The notes: generated by a model from the sequence alone, not told the origin. DNA of 64,000 nt from Eledone cirrhosa (GCA_964016885.1 OZ024740.1:83824001-83888000); one strand, 5' to 3'; counted from the first letter of the stretch, positions 13,956 to 27,467 are shown. Made by a program: numbers and translations.

Positions 13956-16387
13956 CATACTGCATCTAACTATTTCCAATCTGACATGAAATATTTCATT
14001 AAAAGCCTAAGTATAAAATAATATAAACGGTATCAGTTCATTAATTTAGCGCACAAACATTGTACTGAGAACGTTACCATTCATTCCTACTATTTTTTTT
14101 AGAATTAATGATGTCCATTGTTATTGCATTTATCTTAATAGGAAGCAAAAACAATATATTACCTCAAATATTCTCATTTCAGTAAGAGTCTCAATAACTT
14201 AGAATTTAATACAGTCCTAATTCACATTTAAATAATCAATAATTTTGTTCAATAATATTTTGAAATGCAAAACCGAAATTTATTTACTAGAGGAATTTAT
14301 TTTTGTTTCTGACTAAAGTTAACTTTCGATTTTCTAATTCTAATTCTAAATTCAATATATTCATTTATAACTTGAAATCTTTGAATGGTATATACGTTCA
14401 TTAAAAAGCTAATTATTAACCAATACCATAGTATTTCATTTACAATATAATGTACAATAATCATATTTTTTCAATCCAGTCTTTTATAGATTTTTTTCCT
14501 TTTCATTACTACTTTGTTCACGACCATATTTCTCACGAAATTAGTTTTGAAAGTTTGTTAAAAGTGAAATGAAACTATGACAGCGAAATGAAATCCGACA
14601 TTTCTTTTTTTTTTTTAATATCATGTTATAAATAAAACAATTTATAAACTTAATAAAGTGGTAACTATTATTGACGTTAATAAGAACTATTTCAGTTACG
14701 GATACAGTTGTAGAAATATATCTTAGGCTATTATTATACATGTCTCTACAGATATTTTTATTTTTTGTAGAATTTTAAGAATGAACAAAGCAGGGAGAGA
14801 ATTGATATTATTACGAACAATGTTATCTGACTTCGCTGATACGTAAATACAAATTAGTCATATATCTGGGAAAGTAGATTGGATATTCTGAAACTGATTT
14901 ATAGATTTGTTTATTTCATTCTTGATGTTTTAAAATCATGACATTTTCATAATGACTTTAACAGTATTGATAGATATGCCATGCTCTTCAATTGATTTTG
15001 CGTATCCAATTAGATCCGCAAAATATTTCTGTGTATAGGATTACAACTGCGGCGCATGTTTGGCCTGACTATTTTTCTTGGCAATATTATTGTTCGCGTA
15101 GGTTTAATTGGGACCAAATAGTAATTTAATGATGTTTGGGGAAAGTGACGAACATTTTGATTACATTGACATAGGGCCACGTGGAAGACATAACAAATCC
15201 GTGTGTGTATGTTATAACTTCTAAATGAGTTATGTTCATATCACTTGTTAATTATGTATTCTTTAGAATGCTTTTTTCTCACAGAAAGCCGGGGTTTATA
15301 AGTCCACAAATGCATTTTATTCATGATTTTCTCAGGATGATTGCTGATGTCATTTCAACAAAATTCTTGATGCAAAATATTTCATGACTGAGAGTCTATA
15401 TAAGATTTACATACAACAGCATTTGCTAACTATTATTATACTATAGCAGATTTACCTGTGATCATTTTGGAGGATTTGCGTGTGTTTCTGCACTGTGACT
15501 TACGATACAAAACAACTATCACATAGGAAAAAGTTATCGAATGACAGAGATATCTTGAACGAGATGTAGCAGTTAAATTACTTTCATGAATTTGTTAAAA
15601 TCCAATGGTCTTGTAAATAGGTGATCTTGCATGGTGAGTTACACAGAATAGTAAATTTTATTTCCCGATAGTGTCAGATTCGTGTAAATAGAAAAAAGCT
15701 ATCGGTAAAGCTGGCTCCCATCGTTGCAGTTTTCCACTTGTTGAATACTGTTGTCTTTGACTTGTTTTCTCTCTTATAAGTGTGAAAAACTTTGGAATGG
15801 TTAGTTGGAATGGTTAGTTGTCTCTGTCATAAGCGAAAGCTATTTTATGTTAGACCTAGCTATTTTAACCAAGTTACTGTGAAGAATATATAGACTTCAT
15901 ATATTCTTTCACCTAGCTGAACATATCTGCGTAAAGGTTTCTTGTAGATTTATCGGTTGGTTTATACGCACCATCAAAATGTTTATAAATTTCAACATAT
16001 TGTATTTCCAATACTTTCGAATTCTTTATCTATCTCTTCATTATTTCTTCATCTTTTTTGCTTTGTTCGTAATGTCTGGATCTATATTTAAGCAGACATT
16101 GTTCGCTCTCTGTAAACACTTATTTTGATGTAGCATCTCGTATAAATCTAAAAAAATAAAATTCCCGATAACATAGAAATCTGGGCCACATTTTATAATA
16201 CAAAAATATTCACATATACTTCAACAACTGAACACACTCACATGTATATAATCCCTCCTGTAACTTCGTTTCATGAAACTACAATCAAAGTGTGTCTGCG
16301 ACAAGGTCACCGTTGTTCGATGACATTTCTCACACCGTACGAAATACATCAGAAAAACTAACTGACGACGAACTTGGCTTCAGCTCA

Positions 16388-16444
<57 letters not shown>

Positions 16445-16512
16445 CAAGGTTTAACAAATAAGAAAAAGTTTCAAAGTACATTTTAAAAAATTAACTTTAC
16501 TCATTATGGTTA

Positions 16513-16596
16513 CCTTTACCGAATCGGTTTCGAGTCTCAAAAATAAACGGACAGTCCTTACGGCATCCATTGCAAAGATAAACTCTCGTCAGAAGG
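16513..16596 (-). ncRNA. Type I hammerhead ribozyme motif (intact core)
   Basis: Minus strand: cctt CUGACGA gagttt...agactc GAAA ccgattcg GUA aagg. Stem I cctt/aagg, stem II gagttt/agactc, near-palindromic stem III, GUA cleavage triplet. Confidence 0.75.
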
Positions 16597-17021
16597 ATCT
16601 TTTCACTCGAAGAATATAAAATTCCCGAGTTCAAATTACGAACTCGCGCTATTCAAAACTGTTCCCGAGATGAGAATAAATGATGTGGGAGCAATTCCTT
16701 CAAGTGCCGTGTGTAAAGATAGAAGCAAGGGCAGGGAGGTCAGTCAACTACCACTATAACTAGCAGCAGTCAGAACGACCAAATTTTTTTTTCGACCAAG
16801 AGGAGAATAATAATAAAGTATATATATCCCTACACGCACAAAGCGCTTAGAGAAACATGTATTGTCCAACCATATGCCAGTGTGGTTCAATGGCAGGTTA
16901 ATAAATTAACGAGCCAGAACATATATAATCAAGGTTTAGCAAATGAGAAAAAGTTTCAAAATAAATTTAAAAATATGTTTAAAATGAACTCGGGAATTTT
17001 ATATTCTCCGAGTGAAAAGAT

Positions 17022-17105
17022 CCTTCTGACGAGAGTTTATCTTTGCAATGGATGCCGTAAGGACTGTCCGTTTATTTTTGAGACTCGAAACCGATTCGTT
17101 AAAGG
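17022..17105 (+). ncRNA. Hammerhead ribozyme motif, inverted copy with a stem III substitution
   Basis: cctt CUGACGA gagttt...agactc GAAA ccgattcg UUA aagg (G>T relative to the copy at 16513). Confidence 0.6.
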
Positions 17106-17287
17106 TAACCATAGTGAGTAAAGTTAATTTTTTTTAATTTATTGTTTAACTTTTTCTTATTTGCTAAACCTTGATTATATATGTTCTGGCTCGTTAATTT
17201 ATTAACCTGCCATTGAACCACACTGGCATATGGTTGGACAATACATGTTTCTCTAAGCGCTTTGTGCGTGTAGGGATATATATACTT

Positions 17288-17330
<43 letters not shown>

Positions 17331-17479
17331 AATTAAAATACTAGAGTGTGTTGGAGTTAAACACATTCTTCATATTATAGAAATGACAGTATAAGATGTA
17401 GCTCAATGTAATTAAACAGAGCCGAAGAATTATAAAAAATAAACCAAAGAAGCCTTCAATACATCAACAGTCTTTATTA

Positions 17480-17517
17480 GCCAACAATGTTTCGTCCTAT
17501 TAAGGACACATCAGGGC
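17480..17517 (-). ncRNA. Degenerate minimal hammerhead motif followed by AATAAA
   Basis: Minus: gcc CUGAUGU gtcct taat aggac GAAAC att GUU ggc taataaa; core A9 replaced by U. Confidence 0.45.
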
Positions 17518-17601
17518 AAGTAAAGCTACAAGAAGCACTATCGGCTAATACAAGCCCAAAACTCAGAAGAATATGGAGTATACATATCTTAAAGGCTAGG
17601 A

Positions 17602-17672
<71 letters not shown>

Positions 17673-17694
17673 GAGATAGATAGATAGATAGATA

Positions 17695-20600
17695 TATTTC
17701 TTTTATTTGCCACCAGGGCATCAAAAGTGGGACAAGTACAATGGGGGGAGTTTACAAAACAAGGCGTCCTCAATAAGGAGGAGGCAATGACAAAATATAA
17801 AAATAAAATAAAATATAACAAAAAATAAAATTTATAACAAAATCCTCAATAGAGAGGAGGCGCCTTCCGGGGTCGCACCCCCCCCCCCGAAAAACGTGTG
17901 CAACCCTTCTCCTCAAAAGCACAGAGGGGGTGCTCCCTCGTTCCTTCCTCTTTTCCACCTACAGGCTTATATAAAGAGAAGGCCCATTCACACGGGCCAT
18001 TCTCGCCACTTTCACCCACCTTTCATAAAAACGACTGGGGTGGAGCACCTCTCTCTCCATCCTGATCCTTCTTCCGAAATGATAACGGAAGAAACGGACC
18101 AGTTGTTGGCCAGAGAGAAAGGTGCCTGACCTCAGTCCTTTCAGACGCGTCCACCATACAACTTCTTTCACCATGGCTATTACGCACAGAAACACCGCCT
18201 CTCCTTCATCTTTGAAGGGGGGAGGCGGCTTGATAATTACAATAGACTTGGTGGTCAACCGGATCGGTCCCACCCTTGACAGCAGTTGTTCGATATAGCC
18301 CCACAGATCGGCTACGCCGGAGCAGTGTACCAATGCGTGTGCAACGGTTTCCTCGTCGCATACGCATCTGGGACAGATCTTTTTGGCTGGGTCCCTACGC
18401 GGCCGCCCGTGTCTGTAGAGCTTTTCTCGAACGGGTAGAGCCCCTCGGTAGCACTGCTAGACCAGGGACTTCTGGAAGTTGTCCATAGGTCCCGGGCTAA
18501 ATGTCCTACCGAACAGGCTGGCCAGTTCGTCTTCCTCCATGTCTAGGGCTTCTCCGAGGGCGTCGTCGCAGCTGCTGCGTACCAGCCCTCTATAGAATGT
18601 TGCGGTGGAGTCTCCACTGATAACCGGATCCGCCTGCCAGAGGGCGGTGAGCGCCTGGGCACACTCAGTGTGCCAGGCGCCCAGTTTTCTCGGTATTTGC
18701 TTGACCCAGGATTGCAGCTTGGTGAGTGAGACGAGTCTGGGAAAGGTTCGTCTCACAAACGAGGCCCACACCAGTTGAACGGTGAGGAATACGTGGAGGT
18801 GCCGTAGCCTTAATGCGTGTTTACGCATCATTAGCCACGGCATCCCCAGCCCTCCTTTCGAAGGGTGTTGACAGCAGATGGATCTCCTCACCAAGGGAGC
18901 CCGCCTCTTCCAAAGGTATTGGAAGAGCGCGCGCTCCATCTTGGCGAGGGTTTCCCTTGGGCAAGGCACTACGGTCAGGCGGTAGTAGATGACGGACGCT
19001 ATATAGGTGTTCGCCACCTCCGCCCGACCTTTCAGGGATAGTTTGCAACTGGCCAACTTCTGGGTCAGTGCAAACACCCTGTTCGTGACCTCCGCCCAGT
19101 TCTTCTCCACCCGGAGGTCTGGTCCGAAACAGACCCCGAGCAACTTCAGCGGGCCCTCCGTCCAGCGTCCGACGACGCCAACGGAGGGCATCGGTCTGCC
19201 CCTCCACGTGCCGAGTTGCAAACCGATCGACTTGTCCCGGTTCAGCTTAGCCACTGTGAACCGTTCGTACTCCTCCAGTAAGGTGCCGATCGCCCCGATT
19301 TCGGAGGCCGTCGACACCATTACTGTCACGTCATCGGCGTAGGCCGACACCGCTTTCCGCAATCCCGGTTTCAAAGGGATGCCCTGCAACAACTCCAACT
19401 TCCGCAGTAGTGGCTCGAGAGTCAACATATACAGAAGGGAGGAGAGAGGGTACCCTTGTCGGATGGACCGCGCGATTTTGAACGGCTCCGAGAGGTAGCC
19501 GTTCACCTTGACCCTAGAGCAGATGCGGCTGCTGTGCATAGCAGTGATCCAGCCCCTGAAAACGGGTCCGAAGCCTGCCGCCGCTAGCACCGCATCCAGG
19601 TAACCATGGCCGACCATATCGAACGCCTTAGATTGATCCAAGTTGATCAGAGCCCCACCAAAGCCGGGTTCGTTCCCAACCCTCTCTATGATGTATCGCA
19701 TGAGGTGGAGGTTGTCATGGATGGACCTGGACGGGATCGCACATGTCTGTGCATCTCCCACCAGGTTGCCCACGACAAGCGCCAACCTCTTTGCTAGCAC
19801 CTTGGCCAAAATCTGTAACTCTGTATTTAGCAGAGTTATGGGCCTGAAGTTACTTATTTCGTCCCCCTTGTTCTCGTCCTTCCTCACTAGCGTGACTACG
19901 CCCTTGGTCACAGTACAGGGAATTCTCCCGTTCTGTTGCCAGTTGCAGTAGACCGCCTCGAGGAGATCGGGGAACAAGTCCGGCATAGCTAGATATAATT
20001 CGTATGGAAGACCATCGAGACCCGGGGATTTGCGTTTGCCGCATTGGCTCAGCACGTTCTCTATCTCAGCGGCCGAAATCGGCTCCTCGCAGGACTTCGC
20101 CTCCCTGTTCGAGAGACGCGGCAGGCCGTCGAGGTATGGACCGAAGTCCACATCCCCAACCGCCCCCCCCCCCCCGAACAGTCGGGCAAAGTACCTTTGA
20201 AAGGCCTCACACATCTGTCTAGGCTCAAGGATCGCCCGTCCATCCTGGTCTCGCAAAGACCGGATGGTGGATTTAGTTCCACTCTTGGCCTCTGTCACGC
20301 GGGCCCAGCTAACAGCTTTGGTCCCCTCGTTCCCTAGAGCACGTATTTTACTTCGGACAACGCAGCCTTCGTGCTTCGCGTCGAAAAACTGGCTCAAAGC
20401 CGTTCTCGACGCTAGCACTCTGGCCACGTAGCCGCTTCTAATTGCCTCTTCTACTCTATCTATTAGCTCCCTTTCCTTCCTATTCCTATCCGCAGCTAGA
20501 ACCTTACTAAATTATATCGAGACTACTCTAATCTCTCCCTTTAGAGATAACCACCACCTGCTGTTGACGATCGCTCCAGTCAACCGTTCCTTAACTAACG

Positions 20601-21558
20601 TACTAATCCGATCCCTGTAAGCTCTACTTGCCGGCAAGGACAAGTTGAGCTTCCAGTAACCGGGACCCTGTCTATGCGTTCTATCAAGGTTGACCATGCA
20701 GGTCACCAACTTGTGGTCTGAATAGCCAACCATGAGCATTTCTGGACAACTTAAAATGTCCCTGTCCTTATTTCTAACTAAAAACCTATCTAGGTACGAC
20801 CTAGATGATCCGCTGCGATTTGACCAAGACCAGGTTGGCACCGTCGGAAAATCTAGTCGAAATCTAAAGGCCAGGTCAAATCGGCCGAGTAACCCCTTGA
20901 GGCTGTTGCACCCCTCTCTATCGGGACATGCCCCTGCATAATCCCAACGTGCATCCAGGATACCATTCCAGTCCCCCACTAAAAGCAGGGAACGGGACGT
21001 CCCTAGAAAAGACTCCAGACGCTGGAAAAAGTCGGGCCGCTCTGTCCCAAAAGGGGCATATGCGGCTACCAGCCTAAAGGCTCCACCTTCACCACTGCCA
21101 AGGTCCAGCACCACCAGTCGACCCCCTGGGTCCAAGTGAACTATCTGTGTGGCAATACCCAGATGTTTTTGCAGCAGAACGACAACCCCACCTCCACCTC
21201 AGGGCTGACAGAGAGATGCGTGCATCTCAAAGTCGTCAAAGGTGGGGGCTAGCTGTCGCATGCTGCTGATCCGGGCCTCGCAGATAACCATCACATTTAT
21301 AGATCGTGACCTGAGGTCATTTAGAAGCATTGCTTGCTTCCAAGATGAGTCCAGGCCACGCGCATTTAGACACCCTACTCTTAGCACAGCCATGTTGGTG
21401 GTAAGGAGAACAGGCACTTACCTCTCTGCGTCCCGGGAAGCGGGCCGCTCAATTTCCATGCTGGTTGGGGATGGGTTGTTGGGTGGGGTGGTGGTTTGTG
21501 GAAGTGAAGGGGCATCAGTGTGTTGTGGGGTTGGGGCGTTTGTGGTTGAGTGGGTGTC
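17695..21558 (-). mobile_element. Tx1/L1-clade LINE (family a), 5'-truncated in ORF1, flanked by (GATA)n
   Basis: ORF2 starts MAVLRVGCLNARGL (APE; ATG at 21393), then VGDWN, SYLDRF, SDHK, GPGYWKLN, KSPGLDGLPYE, DQSKAFD, AYADD, GGLG and a C-terminal region to 17959. Poly(A) signal aataaa near 17705(-). (GATA)n on both sides. Confidence 0.92.
17959..21393 (-). pseudogene. Tx1 ORF2 (APE endonuclease + reverse transcriptase), interrupted by about three lesions
   Basis: Consecutive ORFs 21199-21417, 20512-21135, 18457-20427 (656 aa) and 17959-18333. Confidence 0.88.
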
Positions 21559-21732
21559 TAGATAGATAGATAGACAAATATACACGGGTGTGTATGATTG
21601 TGTATAGAAGATTATATTAATAAGAGGAATTCCAACTTTGTCTGATTTATTCGGTTTATTTACAATCCTTTAAAATTTATAATGGTATTATAATGAAATA
21701 GTATGGTAGAATATTAAATGTTAAGTGTTAAT

Positions 21733-21771
21733 TGAACAAGTACTTTCATGCTTTCGCAATCTTCAGGTTCA
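21733..21771 (-). ncRNA. Minimal hammerhead ribozyme motif
   Basis: Minus: tgaac CUGAAGA ttgc gaaa gcat GAAA gta CUU gttca. 5-bp stem I, GNRA-capped stem II, palindromic agtact stem III. Confidence 0.55.
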
Positions 21772-21806
21772 TAATGTGTGGTGACAGTCAAGTTTGCAAT
21801 TTTCAA

Positions 21807-21871
<65 letters not shown>

Positions 21872-23149
21872 TGTGAGTGTATGCGTGTTTATGTGTTTGC
21901 CTCCGTATTTGTGAGAACAATGCATAAGCATACACAGTAATACTATACAGATATACACTGTGTCATATTTATTTGTTTACATTTATAAGAATATTTCTAC
22001 GTTTGATTCAATGTCACCTCTTAACAATGAGTATGGACTGGTTCAGTTGGAACCGAATCAGAATTGGTTGGAATCAACTAGACCCCGAATAATGAATATA
22101 TCTATATACTAGTGTAATGATTTTGTTCGTGGTATGTATTGGAAGAATCCCTACATATCGGCGAGTATATTTACCTTCGAATAGGCCTATTCGATATATA
22201 ACTATCACCGATTTATATCAATATTGGCTTGTTCAAAAAATATGAAACAAGACTATTGTTGTATAAATGCAATAGAAAATAATTTTAGTAGATATTCGTA
22301 TTTTTATCCTTTCGTTTTTTGTTTGTACTTATTTGGCAGTGTGTAAATGTATTAACATTTCTGATATTCATTCTCATAAATGCTGTGTTGGACATTATTC
22401 CTAGAGATTATATTAAAGATTACTATATATTTCCTTAATCTACAACTTATGATCAAACAACAAAGCTAATCCTGTAAAATGCAATTACAATTTTAGTTTG
22501 TATAAAAATACTTTAAGTATTCTTACGTGCATATCTATTATCAGAATAGTGCTTACGTTATTTTCTGCGTGATGTGGCCTTCGTATATGAGTTTATACGG
22601 ATTAAAACAATAGTATTTTATTTGATACTAGACACAATTTATGTGTTTATATTTGATTTCGTTACTCGTTTGAGAACTTATGTTAACATATACTTCATTG
22701 TGTGTTCACAGGTAGTATTTCTGTTACATAGATGAGTGTATGTTTTGAAGCATGAGATTATTTGTAATAAATATATTTGTAATAAATATATTTGTTTGTT
22801 GTGGGAACTGCTGTGCACATTGCTTATATATATTAAAAGTTAGAATGATTGAATAATCACAAGCTGCACTGAGGTTACACATCTCCATTACATTCCTTCA
22901 CGTAACTACAATAATTCAATTTTCCTGTACTTGTACTTTTATGTCACAAGTCTGAATCTGTGAGCTGCACTGCTCTAGTAAAGCATTCTTTTAAATTTAA
23001 TATATTTTAAAATGATTGAAATAATTGACTTGTACTGTATTAACAAAATAGGTGTTTATAAAACATTATATTACTTGTTTTTGATACTGTTAATAATATA
23101 TGAGAATATTTGGGGTTTATACATAAATAAAATCAACTGTATGCTTTAT

Positions 23150-23750
23150 CATGCACTTTATTCAAGGAACCAACAGAAGTAACTGCGATGTTTTATTTGT
23201 TTGGCACATTCACGGGGTAGCATTAATCTCGTATATATGTTAAACTCTAAGTGCTATTCTGGATTAAATGCATCCCAGTGGAATCCCATACGATATCTTA
23301 CAACTCTGTTAATCCATTTCTATGGCCAATTGCTTTGTCATACATGTGAGCTTTGATTAAATTTCTGATCAGAAGCAAACATCTTTCTCAGGTAGTCAAC
23401 CTTTCCGAATAATAAATAAAACTCTTCTATGAATAAACAGCGAGCTTTAAAATTAAATCAACTAATAATATCCACTTTTATTTTGTCTTTGTACGCACCA
23501 GATTTTAGAAAGCGAATTCCTCTGTCAAATATACATTTCTTGAAATCAATTGCTATGATTATCAATAGAAAGTTCTGTTTGCTTCTCGAGTAACTCACTA
23601 CTTTATTTCTTCCAGTGATGTGTTCATTCTAAACAAGAATTAATTTTGTTTATCGAAAGTTAAATGACTTAGATTCTATATGACAATACTTTGCTGTCGG
23701 TTTCTCTATGGCCAAATTTAATAAAATGCCTTCACTGAGAGTAATGTTTA
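23150..23750 (-). mobile_element. Highly decayed LINE RT remnant
   Basis: Manual minus translation gives AIDFKK..FD and NGLTEL*DIV, resembling RT domains 3-4; heavily interrupted. Confidence 0.35.
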
Positions 23751-24047
23751 AATAGGTAACATTTATTTTGGTACAGTATCAATTTGTCTATATTTGTTAG
23801 ACAAATGTTTTGGAAGTTAAATCTCCCAATGCGTAATTAATTAATAATGTAAACCATCATTGTCATGATGTAAGCCTCGCAAAAGTTATTGTGAATATAA
23901 TCAAAAAGTTTGAAGTGTATTATCTTATACAAGAGTCTTTCAACAGCAACAAGATAGTGTAACTATTTTAATTAGGTTTGGTTATTTAGCCGTTATTGAT
24001 GGTTTGGGATGAAAATGCAAACTGGAAATTATTCAATCGATTGTGTG

Positions 24048-24089
<42 letters not shown>

Positions 24090-24224
24090 CAAGTTGTGTA
24101 CACGTCGTATATTGTTAAATAATTAATCATTGAAGTACTAATGTATTTAGTAAATTATATTTACTTTGTTCTTCTGTTCTTCTGAATTGAAACAGAGTTG
24201 GAAGATTAATTTTATGAAATATTA

Positions 24225-24410
24225 TTGTTTCTACTTTTAGCACAAAGCCAGCAATTACCCAGTACATTACTGGTACTTTATTTTATCGTCCCCGCAAGGA
24301 TGAAAGTCAAAGTCAACCTCGGCGGGATTCGACCTCAGGTCGCAAAGGGAAGTAACTATGCTGCAAGGCATGGCGCCCGACCATCTACCGATATTGCCAA
24401 TTCACCGCCC
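24225..24410 (-). mobile_element. tRNA-derived SINE with (TTA)-type tail
   Basis: Reverse complement aligns with the copy at 63481. A box-like tgaattggcaatatcgg, B box-like ggtcgaatccc. Confidence 0.8.
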
Positions 24411-25185
24411 TTCTTTGAAATATAATGAGACTTAATTTACGAAATGATTATTTTAAAATATCCCTATACATATGCATAACAGGTAACTATTTCTAACATG
24501 AAGGTTCTGGATTAATATATTAGATAGTGTGTTATGGGTTTAATGAATATGTCGTCTATATATAATTAAAGTTAGTAAGATATTTTTCTAATATTATAAA
24601 AGAACATGATTATACTTAAACGATATTCTACATCTGTTAATAGTTTTCTTGTCTTTGCACATGCATGTTAACCTTTATGTTTCGACAAGCAGCTCTAATG
24701 AGGCAGGAAATTGTCGCTATAATTTGTAAAGTATCACGCGTATAAAATAAAATTATTTCTGAATACATATTTATGATCTTTGTTACCTGTTCCCATGAAT
24801 ATATTATTGTAATATAATTAACTTTATTTGACTTAGATTATCTAGCCTTTCGAGAATTAATTGTGATCAATTACGTGTCTGTCCAGTGAAACGGGCGTCA
24901 TTTAGTTAACTGTTTAAATATTTATAACTCTTCGCTTACATTTTTCGTTTTTGTTTCATTTATATGGTTTGTAAAATTACAACACTCCTTTAAATGGAAA
25001 TGGTACATTACGTTAAACGTATGAGTGTTCATTATCCATCATATTTTAGACTGTAGAATCATGTCAAGCTTTTAAACTTCCTGTTATGGAAGAAAACAAA
25101 ATACAGAAGAAATAAAATACAGATCAAGGTGTAGTAAATAGATAACACAGTTAGAGAATCCGACGGCGTAGTAATAGTAATATAT

Positions 25186-25781
25186 AAATTTCCCTTTCGT
25201 TCGGTAAACGAAAATACTCAGAACGATTGTTACGCCCTTGGGCCCTGGGTGGGCTATGAATCCGTCGCGTCACCGGTTATTGACCGCCAAACAGTACTCT
25301 TAAATTTTAAGCTTAATCTTTAATCCTAACTTCAAATTCTACCCTAAAAATTTATCATGAATATCAAAGTATATTTAACTTTTACATCCCCCTACTAGTT
25401 CTTTAACTAAATCCCCCACTAGTGTGAATAACTAATAATCGTTTGGTATACGCGATGATCAGCTGGTGGTGACGGCCTTCCCGCTAGCTCCCCTGGCGCT
25501 TGAGTCGGCTAACCTTCCTGGAGTGCTTGGAAAACTAAATTTCCCTTTCTTTCGGTAGACGAAAATACTCGGAACGGTTGACACGCCATTGGGCCCTGGG
25601 TGGGCTGGGAATCCCTCACGTCACTGGTCATTGACCGCCAAACAGTACTCTTAATTTGGGCTTAATCTTACTTTTTAATCTTAACTTTATATTCTACCCT
25701 GAAACTTTATTATGACTATCATTAATACATTTAACATTTTCATAAATGCTTCCTTCTGCAAATTCCTTAACTAAATCTCCC
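25186..25781. repeat. Two diverged direct repeats (~235 bp, period ~350 bp)
   Basis: aaatttccctttc..ttcggta..gaaaatactc..gggccctgggtgggct..ttgaccgccaaacagtactcttaa..taactaaatc occurs at 25186-25418 and 25537-25781. Confidence 0.8.
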
Positions 25782-26228
25782 AACTTTAAACCTAAATCTT
25801 ACTATTCTAACCTTTAATCTTATCTTCAATTATATATTTTAATTCTAAACATAAATTTTACGTTTCTAATATTTAATCATTATTTCTAACTCTACATTAA
25901 AAAACCTACTGTACATCCTTCCACTATATATATTTTTTTATTTATTTCTTAGTACTTTTTAGCAATTCTGATTAACTTCGTATATGTAGCCTAATCCAAC
26001 CGCTAGCATCTGTCCACAACGAGGTAGTAGTAGTAATATACACCATAAACGTATGGCCCCTTGACCAGACCGACAAGACAAGATTAAATAGATTCCTCAC
26101 TTGAAGGCGGCCTCCCAGACTTGCAACTGCTCATTTTTGGCCGCCTTCTCGTCCTGGGCATTGCTCTCTGCTTTTCAGCACCTTGTATTGTGTCTATTAT
26201 TATATGCCTTTGTTGGATACATTTCGGA

Positions 26229-26286
26229 ATACCTGATGATGTCACCGGATTCATACTGAACCCGGTCATTGAAATGATCATAGTAT
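26229..26286 (+). ncRNA. Minimal hammerhead ribozyme motif followed by AATAAA
   Basis: atac CUGAUGA tgtc accggattca tac tgaacccggt catt GAAA tgatca UA gtat AATAAA; palindromic stem III tgatca. Confidence 0.65.
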
Positions 26287-26476
26287 AATAAACCTTTAAG
26301 GAATTACACCAGTCCAGCCTCCTGTCATTTTATAATAATTAACTCCGTATTCGCACCACCAACAACACAAACGAAGACGAGTGAGTTGCATTACGTCGAG
26401 TGCTCTGCCTAATATTACATCAAGGTTGACTATACGGAATGACCAGTTCTAACCAATGGTGAACCAACAAACCTAA

Positions 26477-26594
<118 letters not shown>

Positions 26595-26710
26595 TAGAGA
26601 GATAGAGAGATAGAGATATATAGTTATAGATATAAAGAGAGATATATACATATGTACATATGTACCATCAATACCATAAAGACAGAGCTGGCATATCTAT
26701 GAACTGACTA

Positions 26711-26766
26711 ACTGCCTGATGAGGTCATAGCTATTCAATGGCTATCATCGAAATATATATAGCAGT
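26711..26766 (+). ncRNA. Minimal hammerhead ribozyme motif followed by AATAAA
   Basis: actgc CUGAUGA ggtcatagc tattcaatg gctatcatc GAAA tatata UA gcagt aAATAAA; 5-bp stem I actgc/gcagt. Confidence 0.7.
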
Positions 26767-27091
26767 AAATAAAGGATTATGGGTTCATGCTATTGACTTA
26801 TGTTTCGTCACTATATATATATATATCAAAGGTATATATTGAGTTAGAAACTCAAAATAGTCTCATACAATAAAATAGCTGTAGGAAAGAGATTTTTCCG
26901 AGCTGTATATTATAATTGAATATAAAAGAGAGATAAACACAGATGTATACATATATGTGTTCAAATTGTAAGGGACCAGATTGGCTAAGGTGAAAAAAAT
27001 ACTAACTATGGACAATGGGATATGCCAGACTCAATTTAAGAATAAATCAAGAAAATAAATACAAACCGGAATTGTGCTAACTACCAACTAA

Positions 27092-27171
27092 CACTACATA
27101 CAGTGTTTGGCTATGCTGTTTCGCAAATTAATAGTGAAGGGGATTACCAATTCTTGCTCATCAGTGGGTGA
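27092..27171 (-). ncRNA. Hammerhead ribozyme motif (imperfect stem I)
   Basis: Minus: tcaccca CUGAUGA gcaagaattggta...tattaatttgc GAAACAG catagccaaaca CUGUA tgtagtg. Confidence 0.6.
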
Positions 27172-27413
27172 ACATTAGTAAGCTCCTCACTTATAAGTAT
27201 ATCAGACAACTGATAAGTGTGCGTATATTTAATACCGCACATGGTATCAGAACTTGGCGTGTCTCAAAAACTCACACCATTAAATATAACAGCCTAGTTT
27301 ACTCGACATTTAAATTAGCTCGACAAATTAACGGAGCCGAATATATCAAAGGTATATATTGAGTTAGAAACAGCATAGCCAAACCCACGCTGTATAGGTG
27401 ATTGGTAGTTTCC

Positions 27414-27448
<35 letters not shown>

Positions 27449-27467
27449 TATATATATATATATCCTA

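Larger units (their letters stand above)
16437..17292. repeat. Nested inverted-repeat element flanked by (TA)n, carrying two opposed hammerhead motifs (Penelope-like pLTR-derived)
   Basis: 16811-16955 pairs with 17148-17292, and 16437-16633 pairs with ~16985-17180. Confidence 0.85.

Noticed and set aside
18821-20337. Overlapping alternative-frame and antisense ORFs in Tx1 (similarly in the Helitron and R4/Dong copies)
   Set aside because: Shadow ORFs of TE coding sequence with no independent motifs.
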